Source of the DNA: an archaeon
GTDB lineage: Archaea; Micrarchaeota; Micrarchaeia; Anstonellales; Anstonellaceae
Direction of reading: 5' to 3'
DNA: 64,000 bases
Assembly: GCA_020056635.1 (NCBI GenBank)
Contig: JAGVHI010000007.1
Span: 3,078-67,077 of the forward strand
Both the position numbers and the translations under genes were made by a program. This document shows, piece after piece, positions 19,361 through 27,971 of this stretch. The notes beneath the pieces are model-generated. The model was not told the DNA's origin. It worked only from the letters and a program-made list of their open reading frames with translations, and searched no databases. The number at the start of each line of letters is the position of its first letter. Position 1 is the first letter of the stretch.

Positions 19361-21736
19361 TTATTGTATTTGGTCAGTGGTGGTTCTGACTGCCTTTATC
19401 TCAACTTGGGCAAATTCCCTCGTGATTCTCTCGATTTCGCTATCCACCGAAAGGTTCGGGTTAGTGCCGCCTAGCATTGTCTCAATCTCGACTTTGCCTA
19501 TTGCCCCAACCCAGCTGAACAGCACCGGGAACACCTTTGCCTTATCCGCATCCGGCAGGCTGTTTAGCGCAATTACTATCTCCTCGCTTGCGCCAATATT
19601 CATCAGCGTATCAAGCTTGATCTGGTTGATTGTGTTCTGCATCCCTTCGAATGAAATCTGCCTGCGCTGGTCTTCTGGGGCGTTGGCTATCGCATCAGCA
19701 AGGTTGGCAAGCACATGCTCGCGCATATTGGTTTGTATAGTGCTTCCATCATCCATCGGTATGGTTATCGGGACAGTTTCAGGAATGTGCTCTGCATCAA
19801 GGCTTGCTTCGATTTCTGCCGCTTTCGCCTGAAGGTTCGGGTTGCCTCTCACAAACTCCATCACCGCCTGCTGGGCCGTAGCTGCCACATCGACCTGCTG
19901 GGTGCCTTGCGGCTGCCCAGTTGCTGGCGTTTCAGTTTGGGTCGCTGCAGTGCCCCCTGCGGTTGTGCTGGTTTGCGCAGTGGTTGCAGGCGCCTTTGCA
20001 GCCTCAAATTGCTTTGCAGTTTCGATAAGCGCGGTTATCCCTTTTGCGCCCTCGACCTTCCCTTCCGTGAAAAGCCGGTTGTGGTTCACCATCTTGTTAA
20101 GCCGCTTTGCCTTCTTTTTGGTCCCAGCCGCATCCTTCACTTCCTGGGCAAGCCTGTACCTGGTGTGGTGCCCGTCGGTTGTGGGCTCAGTTAGCATTTC
20201 CTTTGGCAGGAGGTCAATCGCGACCCTGCTCAGGAACTCTTCCCCAAGCGAGCCAATCTCGCCGCGCGACAATTTCTTCGCAATCTCAGGAGCCTGTATG
20301 CTATCTGCGTACCCCTCTCCTTTCTTTGTGAGCTTCCAATCCGCATCAATTACCCCAAGCGACACGAGCACTTCCTTGAGCTTTTCCACATCGTTCCCCT
20401 TTCCGCGGTGGAACTCAGCAAGCGACTCAAGCTGCGTTATGTACTGCGGCTTTGGGGCTTCTGCAGGGGAAGCTACCTGCCCGTGCAATTCCTCTGCCTT
20501 TGCAACAAGCTTTATGAACTCTTCATGCTCCTTCTTGAAATCCGCAATTGGCGACTCGAGCTTGAGCGCCTCCACCCTGCGCCCAAGCGCAAAAAGGTCA
20601 TCAGCCACTTTCTGCAATTCAGCTTCGTTTGCCGGGCTTTGGCCAACCCAGTCCGCAATCAAGTCAATCTTCATATCAATTGAATCTATGAACCCCTTCT
20701 TTGCCTTTTCAAAAAGCGGCTCGTACTCCTTCTCAAACCCAAGCAGGGTCGCAACCGCCCCTTCTGCGTCCTTGTTCAGAGGTTCCACTTTCCCCTTGAG
20801 CGCCTCAAGCGCTTTCTTGGTCTCCTCATCCACAATCGGCACCAGTACGTTTATTTTCTCAAGGAGCGCAGTCTTCCTCTCATCAAACGAAACTGCTGCA
20901 ACAGGCTCGCCCCAGTTCTCCCCTGCCCACCCCTGTATCACCCTCTGTATGTATCCGCCGCTCGTGGTCTTCGCGCTGCCAACGAAATGGAACGCCTCCA
21001 CATCATCCAGGAAATGGTACCAGCTTTTTACATCAGCGCCCTCCGCCTCTGCCTTCTGGCACGCTTTTGTGAACATCTCGAGCCCGACCCTCGGTCCAAG
21101 CCACTGCATCACGTATGCGAATGAGGTGTATGAAACAGAGCTTTCTTCTGGCACCTGCCCGTCAAACACCCTGTTTATGTATGGCATCGAGTCTGCAAGC
21201 TTGAACTCAGTCTTGGTGTTCTCCATTGCAAACACGTCATAAACCCGCTCCGCCTTGGCAGTCCTAATCGCCCAGGCCGCAATTCTATAGTCTGGTGATG
21301 GTGTTTTTGCCTGTGCCACTTGGGCATGCTCTTCTGGCGCTGGTTCTGCTGGAGTGACTGCAGGTTTCTGCCTTGCCTCAATCTCCGCCATCCAAATTGT
21401 GCAATATTTTGCGTAATCCGCGCAAGATTTGGGCTTCACCACATCCCCTGAGGGGTCAATCAGGGAAAGGGCCTTGACGTATTTGTCGCCTTCCTTGCCA
21501 GCCTTTTCGAAATGCTCCTTCGCGCTTGCCAAATTATGGTATATCCTGCCTGCCTGGGTGGAGGTAGTCAGCATTTCCGAGGCCTTCCCGACCATGGCCA
21601 TCGCGACCTGCACGTGCCCCTCTGCAGAGAGCGCGGGCACGGTTTTTTTGGATTTGTCACTTGCGTTATCTGATTTTGGCTGCGGAATCATTTGTGAAGG
21701 ACTGTATCTCATCGCGAGTTGTTCATCCGTTGCCAT
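19361..21736 (-). CDS. Orphan protein D (~791 aa; start uncertain, ORF open to 21859)
   Basis: The best SD (GAGGGGTGG, 5-nt spacer) precedes the ATG at 21736. The ATGs at 21859 and 21841 overlap the upstream gene and lack an SD; 21769 is an alternative. N-terminal core is paralogous to protein B. Contains a Thr/Ala/Gln-rich linker. Confidence 0.8.
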   Translation of the reverse strand: MATDEQLAMRYSPSQMIPQPKSDNASDKSKKTVPALSAEGHVQVAMAMVGKASEMLTTSTQAGRIYHNLASAKEHFEKAGKEGDKYVKALSLIDPSGDVVKPKSCADYAKYCTIWMAEIEARQKPAVTPAEPAPEEHAQVAQAKTPSPDYRIAAWAIRTAKAERVYDVFAMENTKTEFKLADSMPYINRVFDGQVPEESSVSYTSFAYVMQWLGPRVGLEMFTKACQKAEAEGADVKSWYHFLDDVEAFHFVGSAKTTSGGYIQRVIQGWAGENWGEPVAAVSFDERKTALLEKINVLVPIVDEETKKALEALKGKVEPLNKDAEGAVATLLGFEKEYEPLFEKAKKGFIDSIDMKIDLIADWVGQSPANEAELQKVADDLFALGRRVEALKLESPIADFKKEHEEFIKLVAKAEELHGQVASPAEAPKPQYITQLESLAEFHRGKGNDVEKLKEVLVSLGVIDADWKLTKKGEGYADSIQAPEIAKKLSRGEIGSLGEEFLSRVAIDLLPKEMLTEPTTDGHHTRYRLAQEVKDAAGTKKKAKRLNKMVNHNRLFTEGKVEGAKGITALIETAKQFEAAKAPATTAQTSTTAGGTAATQTETPATGQPQGTQQVDVAATAQQAVMEFVRGNPNLQAKAAEIEASLDAEHIPETVPITIPMDDGSTIQTNMREHVLANLADAIANAPEDQRRQISFEGMQNTINQIKLDTLMNIGASEEIVIALNSLPDADKAKVFPVLFSWVGAIGKVEIETMLGGTNPNLSVDSEIERITREFAQVEIKAVRTTTDQIQ

Positions 21737-21818
21737 ATCGCCACCCCTCTTATCCTGCTTTTTTCCCATCCGCTCCCTTTTTGTACGCTTGTAATTTGCC
21801 CAATCCTTAGCTTTATAA

Positions 21819-23564
21819 CTATTGGTTTTGCTCTCCCGCATTAGTGTTCTTTGCCGCATATTGTCGGTGCTGCTGTGAATTCAGAGCTGTTTGCAGGTGC
21901 GCATCCACCCTTGCGGCCAGCGCATCAGGCATCCCGCTTTCCGCAGGCCGCGCATTGCTGATGTAATTCTTATTGTCCGAATACCTGCTCTCATCGAAAG
22001 CCACTTTCCCCCTGTCCATCTGCCTGTTCTCCTCCTTCCTCCTCTCCTTTTCTCCAGGGAGCATCCCATTTAGCTGCTTGGTCTGCGAATAATAGCCAAG
22101 CCTGGCTTGCAGGTAGCTCAGGTTCATCTCAAACCTATTCTCATCAAATTTCCGCTTCCCAGACAGCATCTCCCCATTCTCCCTAAGCTTTTTTTCAGTG
22201 TTCACCTCAATCCCGCGCTTCACAAACTCCCTTTTCCGCGCAAACCTCGGGATTACTCCCCGAAACCCGAACTGGTACGCATATGCCGCTTCCTCTGACA
22301 CGCGCAATGCCATGTCCTCAGACGCTGCCGAAAGCCTGCCGCGAAGCTCGGGCGAAAGGTTCCGGTAGTTTGCAAGCCTGCCGAAATTCCCGTACTCGCG
22401 CATGTCCGAAATGAGCATCTCGCGCTCCTTTTTCGCCTCTTTCATCTTAACCTTAATTGCATCCCTATCTCCATGCGCTGCAAGTATCGCATCCCTTCTC
22501 CCCTCAAGCGACTTTTTATCATCCTCAAGCTTTTGCTTCTCCTCCCCTTGCGCTTTCTTGAGCTTTTTCTCAGCCTTTCTAAGGTCCTTTGAAATATCAG
22601 CCAACTCCGAATTTGCTTTTTTCAGCTCCTTTATCCTTTCCCCCGCCTGCCAAATCCGCTCCCCAGTCCTTCCAGAGAGCGCATCCTCAATCTTGCCAAC
22701 CTCATCCGTGCTAAACTCCCGCTTTCTGTTCGCCCTTGCCTCAAAATATTTCTTGAACGGGTAGAGCGCAAACGAGAACTGGCTGTCAATCAGGTTGAGC
22801 ATGGCCTTGTGCGGCCTTGAAAACCACTCTGTTTTCGCTCCGGACAGCGCCCCTACAGTATCGCCAATCATCCCCTGCCCTGCAGCAAACGCAAGCCCAA
22901 GCCAGCTCCACCCAATCCCGACCCCTGGCATGTACGAGACCGGGCCGGCAGAAATGCTCACTCCCGCATCATATCCCACATTCAGCCCGAGAATGTTCAC
23001 AGATGCGGATGGCATGATGTGCCTATTTCTCAAAAACAGCATGGCAGAAGCGTTAGTTCCGGAAACCCCAAGCCCGTAACCCTCCTTGCCCTTGGGCCCC
23101 CCAATCCCGCTCACTGATGCGTTATAAGGGGAAACCGAAACATCAGCTTGCGCCCCAAACCTCGGGTTGTGCGAAATCCCGCCTCCCACATCGCGGTAGG
23201 GAATTACGCCTGCCAGGGACGCAAGCCTAGGGTCCACTGCAGGCGTATTTGCGGCAAATGATTGCGCAGGTGCAATTTTCTCAAGCTCGGAATGCAACCT
23301 TCCCACAAATTCCTGGTATGCGCGAAAATCAACTGGCTTTGAGAGCAGCTCCCCAAGCTCCTGCCTGTATTTTGCAAACCTCGCATCCTGCGAAAGTTCG
23401 GGCGATGCAAGCACCCCCTGCATTATCCTTAACCTTGTCCCAATCCCTGCTGGGGACACTTCCCTCTCATCGGACTTGCTTTTAACATAAGAAGAAAATG
23501 CTGCAAGCTTAGCGGATGGCTCATGCTGTGCTGCGGCGGGCTGTGCAACGGTCGCCTCGGTCAT
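21819..23564 (-). CDS. Orphan protein C (581 aa): Gly-rich hydrophobic/beta-like region + Lys/Glu coiled coil
   Basis: The ATG at 23564 is preceded by GAGGTGGGGG. Residues ~120-245 are Gly/Ser/Val-rich and include GVGIGWSWLGLAFAAGQGMIGDTVGAL. Residues ~305-390 form a heptad-like K/E-rich stretch. Confidence 0.85.
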   Translation of the reverse strand: MTEATVAQPAAAQHEPSAKLAAFSSYVKSKSDEREVSPAGIGTRLRIMQGVLASPELSQDARFAKYRQELGELLSKPVDFRAYQEFVGRLHSELEKIAPAQSFAANTPAVDPRLASLAGVIPYRDVGGGISHNPRFGAQADVSVSPYNASVSGIGGPKGKEGYGLGVSGTNASAMLFLRNRHIMPSASVNILGLNVGYDAGVSISAGPVSYMPGVGIGWSWLGLAFAAGQGMIGDTVGALSGAKTEWFSRPHKAMLNLIDSQFSFALYPFKKYFEARANRKREFSTDEVGKIEDALSGRTGERIWQAGERIKELKKANSELADISKDLRKAEKKLKKAQGEEKQKLEDDKKSLEGRRDAILAAHGDRDAIKVKMKEAKKEREMLISDMREYGNFGRLANYRNLSPELRGRLSAASEDMALRVSEEAAYAYQFGFRGVIPRFARKREFVKRGIEVNTEKKLRENGEMLSGKRKFDENRFEMNLSYLQARLGYYSQTKQLNGMLPGEKERRKEENRQMDRGKVAFDESRYSDNKNYISNARPAESGMPDALAARVDAHLQTALNSQQHRQYAAKNTNAGEQNQ

Positions 23565-23640
23565 TCCCCCACCTCAAGAAGCGCCATATGTGATTTGCGC
23601 CGTTCCCTGCTTAAAATGCTTCTTATTTTCCTATTCGGCA

Positions 23641-25893
23641 CTACATATCTGCGGGCTCCAGGTAATCAGCGCTTGTCCTAGGCTGCCTCCCTGGTCTGCT
23701 CGCCGTTTCCGCTTCTTTTGTTGGAGAGGGCGCTACTTTTGCAGGCGCCTCTGGGGCAGGTTTCCTCACCGCAGCCTCTTTTTCCATTTCTGCAAGTATT
23801 TGCATTGCAGTTTTTCCATTCGCAATGGTGCGGTACAGCCTCCCCTCATCCAGCGCATCCTCAAGCTCGCTTTTCTGCCCCTTGCTCAATTTGCCCCAAA
23901 CCCCTTCCTCATTTTTTGCATCTTTGCTAAGCAGCCAGTGCGTAGGCCCGTACATCCCAACTGTTCCGCTCCTTGGCTCCACCACTCCTGCCTGCTGCAA
24001 AAGCACGCACGCCGCAGTGCTGCAATACCGCTCCACTCTCCCATTCATCCTGTTCGCTTTTATGTCATATGAAAGAAGCTCGCTTTGGTTGTCCTGCCCT
24101 GCCTCCGAAAGCATCCTTGCGTCAAACTGCATCCCCTTCTCATTCGATGCGATTGCCCCTGCCCCTTCCAATGCGCTCAAAACAGCCCCCTCTCCCCGTT
24201 TCCCTCTTCCAAGTGCTAGCAGCCCGCCCAGCCTGCTTTGGAATTCCGGCTCCTTTGGCGCTTCGACCGGCGTTCCAGCTTTCGCATTCATAAAGAAGGA
24301 ATACAGCTTCTCCGCCTCTGCATACAGGTCCTCAAGCTTTGATTGCTCGCGCGCATTAAGCCCGCGCATCTCATTTGCAATAGCTGATAGCCTGTCCGCA
24401 TCCGCCTTGCCCCTTGCATAGCCAAATCCGGCTTTCATTATCTGCTCCCTGTAGGATTCAACCTGCGAAACCATGTGCCCCCTATCCTCGAAGAATTGCT
24501 TTGCCGCCTCCTCAGTGATTTTGAGCGGAATCTCCTTGCCCCCCGCTTTCATGCGTGCGAATATTTCGCCCTGCGCAAACCTCCCCCCTGTGCTTTTGCT
24601 GATTCCATCAAAATCGCGGAACCTAAACGACACCTCATCCAGGTACAGGTAGAAGTTCTGCGCGCTATCCCCGCGTGCAGCTGCAATTCCTGCAGCCCGC
24701 CCCACAATCTCAATCCCAATCCTCGGCCCTGCGCGAGCAAGCACGGTTTCGTATGCCTCGTACGCAGTGCTCCCCTTCTCAAAACCGGCAATCACTCCCC
24801 TTGCATCGCTTCGCTTGTATCCGCTGACCGGGTTCACGGTATCAAGGTTAGAGTTTGCGGTCCCCTCAACTGCCGATTTCCAGATTGCGCGCGCAATAAG
24901 CCGGTTATTATCCAGCCTCTGCCCCTCGGTGAGTGTGGGGGTGCGCTTTGCAGCCTCCTTGTTCAGCTCATCCGCAGTCCTTACTCTCATTGTGCATTTG
25001 ACATCCTGCCCTACCTTGATGTAATAAAGCCCCCCTTCTGTCGCCCGTATGTATGCATCCCCATGCGAATCAGTCCGTATTTCAGTATGTTGCCCGTTCG
25101 GGACCGTAAGCACAAACTCCTCGCTTGCAACAGGCTTTCCATTCCTCTCAAAATGCGCCTGCACTATCGTGCCCCCTTCGGTTACTCTTGCAACCGGTGG
25201 CAGCGTAATCGTTATCATTTTCTCGCCCTGCGCAGCAACCGGCGAAATCCCGGACAGGCCTTGGGGCATATCCCTCACTGTGGCAGATGCGCCTGTAGGC
25301 GCCGCAACCTGGGCAGGGGGCGCTACGTAGTACCTAACCACTCTCTCAGTGTTGCCAGTGTATCCCTTCACAACAAAATGATATATGCCAGGTCTCTGTG
25401 CCTCAATCCTTGCAATGCCATCCGAATCTGCTTTGAGCGGGATTACTGCTTTCATCGGATCCACGACCGTGACATTTGTGCCAATTGCGCTAAGCATATC
25501 GCCAGGCTTTGCAACATAATCAAGCCATCTGTTGCAGTAGCCCAAATATTCGCTGCAATACTCAAGCCGGCTGGGGGAAGACGGGCCAACCGAGTTCTGG
25601 AATGGGGGGGCTTTCAAAGTGACTGGCAGGAGGAGCTTCCCATCCAGGCGTGAAAATATGCCGCGCGCAGCTTGCAGCTGTATAAACGCATTTTCTATTT
25701 CGATATTGGCATAGCCTGCCGGCCTTGAGACGACCTTTATCGCCTGCTGGAACATCTTTACTGCCTGCTCGCCCTCTGCACGTGGAGTATTCTGGGGAGT
25801 TACGCCCCGAAGTTTTAATGTTTGAGCGTCAGCCGCTTTCTGCTGCCAGAGCACATCCTTCGCCCCCAACACCTCATCTTTGTAAGCTCCCAT
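23641..25893 (-). CDS. Orphan protein B (750 aa): D-like core + two beta-sandwich modules + C-terminal Cys/His (transglutaminase-like?) region
   Basis: The ATG at 25893 is preceded by GGAGGGGG. Motifs CSEYLGYCNRW, DSDGIARIEAQRPGIYHFVV, DSHGDAYIRATEGGLYYIKV and RYCSTAACVLLQQAGVVEPRSGTVGMYGPTHW. Confidence 0.85.
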   Translation of the reverse strand: MGAYKDEVLGAKDVLWQQKAADAQTLKLRGVTPQNTPRAEGEQAVKMFQQAIKVVSRPAGYANIEIENAFIQLQAARGIFSRLDGKLLLPVTLKAPPFQNSVGPSSPSRLEYCSEYLGYCNRWLDYVAKPGDMLSAIGTNVTVVDPMKAVIPLKADSDGIARIEAQRPGIYHFVVKGYTGNTERVVRYYVAPPAQVAAPTGASATVRDMPQGLSGISPVAAQGEKMITITLPPVARVTEGGTIVQAHFERNGKPVASEEFVLTVPNGQHTEIRTDSHGDAYIRATEGGLYYIKVGQDVKCTMRVRTADELNKEAAKRTPTLTEGQRLDNNRLIARAIWKSAVEGTANSNLDTVNPVSGYKRSDARGVIAGFEKGSTAYEAYETVLARAGPRIGIEIVGRAAGIAAARGDSAQNFYLYLDEVSFRFRDFDGISKSTGGRFAQGEIFARMKAGGKEIPLKITEEAAKQFFEDRGHMVSQVESYREQIMKAGFGYARGKADADRLSAIANEMRGLNAREQSKLEDLYAEAEKLYSFFMNAKAGTPVEAPKEPEFQSRLGGLLALGRGKRGEGAVLSALEGAGAIASNEKGMQFDARMLSEAGQDNQSELLSYDIKANRMNGRVERYCSTAACVLLQQAGVVEPRSGTVGMYGPTHWLLSKDAKNEEGVWGKLSKGQKSELEDALDEGRLYRTIANGKTAMQILAEMEKEAAVRKPAPEAPAKVAPSPTKEAETASRPGRQPRTSADYLEPADM

Positions 25894-26036
25894 TCAAACC
25901 CCCTCCGCTAAGCATAATCATTTTTTTTCCAAAAAGAACGCTCTGGGGCAGTGCATTGCTGCTCTGCATTCCGCCCAGGAAAACCGCATGCACTATTCTC
26001 GTCTTCCGCACTTTTTAATACATGCGCCCTCTAGGC

Positions 26037-27917
26037 TCACTGGATTGGCATCTCATCAAGTTCCCTGTCGGATTTAAGCGGGTTGATTTGCGCCGCGCTT
26101 GGCTCTGCAGCTGATGCGGGTTCCCTAAGCTCGAACCCAAGCGTGCCTGCCACTGCCTTCATGTCCTCTTGCACCTGGCTTTTCGAGAGCTTCGATACAT
26201 CTTCTGCAGACATGTTCCTCTGCGCCCAGGCCTCGTAGAGCAGCTGGAAAAACACGCTTGGCTGGACCTGCTGCGCCCCCAAATTCCCCTCATTTTTCTG
26301 CTTTATCTGGCTTTCAGCCTCAGTTCCAAGCTCTGGTGCAACCGCGCCCACCACTGTCCTCGCAGCAAACTCATGCGCCATGTTGGTGATTGCATTCTGC
26401 CTGTCAGCCTCAACCACTCCCTCTATCGCCTGCCTGACTTCGCTCTTTGCAAACTCGGAGCCTGCCTTCCCTTTCCATTCCTCAGGCAGCCTAAGCTCCC
26501 TTACCGCATTGTCTGCCATCTGCTCAATAGTTAGCACTGATGCCGCAGCATCCGTTTGGCTTTGCGCCGCAACATTCTCACTTGCAGCCACAGTTTCTGC
26601 AGCCACTCGTGCTGCAGGGGCTGGCATCGCAAGCTTCACATTGGCAGGCTCAAGCGTTTCCGGCTTCTGCACCAGCAACCCAGTTGTGATTACCGTATTG
26701 TTGGATGTGTACTCAAGCCCTTTGCTCACCCCAAGGCTATCCAAAAATGATTTCATCTGCTCCTTTATCCCCTCTCCCTTCTCCTTGTTGCCCAGGTATT
26801 CGGTTGCGAATTTCTGCGCGTTCCCGTAATATCCGAGTATCGTTGCTGCAAAGTAGATTGCAGCTTCCTCCTCGTGGCTGACTGACCCTCCCTCGCCCCT
26901 TGCCTGCCGCAGCGACTCGATGATCCCCTTCGCCTGCTCCATCGCGTCCCTAACATGATTCTCATCGCTCTTCCCCGTGTTGTTCTTATAGCCCGTGAGC
27001 TTCGGATTCTTTATGCCTCCATTGAACTCCCCATCCGGGCTAGTGTAAAACAGCCGGAGCAGCACCTCGGTAATCTGGTCCTCCCCAACCAGCGTCGCTT
27101 CTCCTTGCTTCACTAAATATGCCCCTTGCGCCAATTCCGCATATGCGCCAGCTCTTGCGCCATCATCCTGCGCATTCTGGTATGCCTCTAGCTTCGCCTT
27201 CTCAACATAATACGAAGCGCCCTCGGCAGCAATGGGCACCATCTCAACTTCCTGCCCACTAACCATGAACTTTTTTGGCTCGGCCGCAAGCGCAGCATCC
27301 ACCATCTCCTGTGTAACCTGCACTTCCTGCATTGCTGGTACCTGCTGCACTGCAGATGTCGCATCCCCGCCCCTCTCCACCAGCACATGCATCTGCTGCT
27401 CGCGCCCCTCCACATCAATAAAAATCACTGTGTATATCCCGTTTTTAGCCCCGCTCTCCTCAAGCAATCCATCGGAGGTAAGCGTGCATCCCTGCTCTTC
27501 TCCTGCAGGGTCAATCAGCCTGATTTGCGCGTTTTGCGGGGCATTTGCAACCCTATATTCAAACCCGCCGCTTGCATTTTGCTCCACACTTTCGAATCCC
27601 GCCGGTTTCTCCTGCGGAGACCTTACTTCAGCCTCAAGCTCCTTGCATTTTTCCATCGCATCTTTCTTGGTGCTAACCTCGAATGTTCCGGAACGCAAAA
27701 CGAACGTGATGGCGGATATGCTGCCCTCCGGCAGCTCTGCAATCATTTTCTTAAGGTCTCTTAGGTCGTCAAGCGCCTGGCGCACATTATTGTTTGCGAT
27801 GTTGTTCCTCACCGCTTCCGGCAATGCGGCAATGGGCTTGCCTTCAAGAGGCTGGATCTTAGTGATTTCAGAGGGCGCCTGCACAGGCGCAACCATTGCC
27901 CCATCCGCGCTTCCCAT
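26037..27917 (-). CDS. Orphan protein A (626 aa), first gene of the five-gene operon
   Basis: The listed ORF starts at a TTG (27932). The ATG at 27917 has GGAGGCGG 5-8 nt upstream. One beta-sandwich-like module (LTSDGLLEESGAKNGIYTVIFIDV). No recognised family. Confidence 0.85.
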   Translation of the reverse strand: MGSADGAMVAPVQAPSEITKIQPLEGKPIAALPEAVRNNIANNNVRQALDDLRDLKKMIAELPEGSISAITFVLRSGTFEVSTKKDAMEKCKELEAEVRSPQEKPAGFESVEQNASGGFEYRVANAPQNAQIRLIDPAGEEQGCTLTSDGLLEESGAKNGIYTVIFIDVEGREQQMHVLVERGGDATSAVQQVPAMQEVQVTQEMVDAALAAEPKKFMVSGQEVEMVPIAAEGASYYVEKAKLEAYQNAQDDGARAGAYAELAQGAYLVKQGEATLVGEDQITEVLLRLFYTSPDGEFNGGIKNPKLTGYKNNTGKSDENHVRDAMEQAKGIIESLRQARGEGGSVSHEEEAAIYFAATILGYYGNAQKFATEYLGNKEKGEGIKEQMKSFLDSLGVSKGLEYTSNNTVITTGLLVQKPETLEPANVKLAMPAPAARVAAETVAASENVAAQSQTDAAASVLTIEQMADNAVRELRLPEEWKGKAGSEFAKSEVRQAIEGVVEADRQNAITNMAHEFAARTVVGAVAPELGTEAESQIKQKNEGNLGAQQVQPSVFFQLLYEAWAQRNMSAEDVSKLSKSQVQEDMKAVAGTLGFELREPASAAEPSAAQINPLKSDRELDEMPIQ

Positions 27918-27963
27918 CAATACCGCCTCCAATCGCTCCGCTAGCTTTTCTTCTCGTATTCTC

Positions 27964-27971
27964 TATTTAAA
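27964..27971 (-). promoter_or_regulatory. TATA box TTTAAATA (minus strand) for the five-gene operon
   Basis: A consensus-like archaeal TATA that abuts the purF stop codon (27972-27974). It lies ~50 nt upstream of the ATG at 27917, leaving room for a short SD-containing leader. Confidence 0.5.

Noticed and set aside
19842-21242. Long plus-strand ORFs inside the orphan operon: 466 aa at 19842-21242, 392 aa at 24475-25653, and 324 aa at 27232-28206 (which also runs into purF).
   Set aside because: They run antisense to well-supported minus-strand genes, have no SD or TATA, and have Ser/Ala/Pro/Cys-rich low-complexity compositions typical of shadow frames in GC-rich coding DNA.
21737-21859. The start of protein D at the ATG at 21859 or 21841, overlapping the 3' end of protein C by up to 41 nt.
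   Set aside because: No SD precedes either codon, whereas every other gene in the operon has a strong SD. The ATG at 21736 has GAGGGGTGG at a 5-nt spacing. This is kept as an alternative and is not excluded.
15294-27971. The five-gene cluster as a prophage, integrated plasmid or other mobile element.
   Set aside because: There is no integrase, transposase, recognisable capsid/terminase/replication gene, flanking direct repeat or adjacent tRNA. Composition and codon style look like the neighbouring housekeeping genes. It cannot be fully excluded without homology searches.
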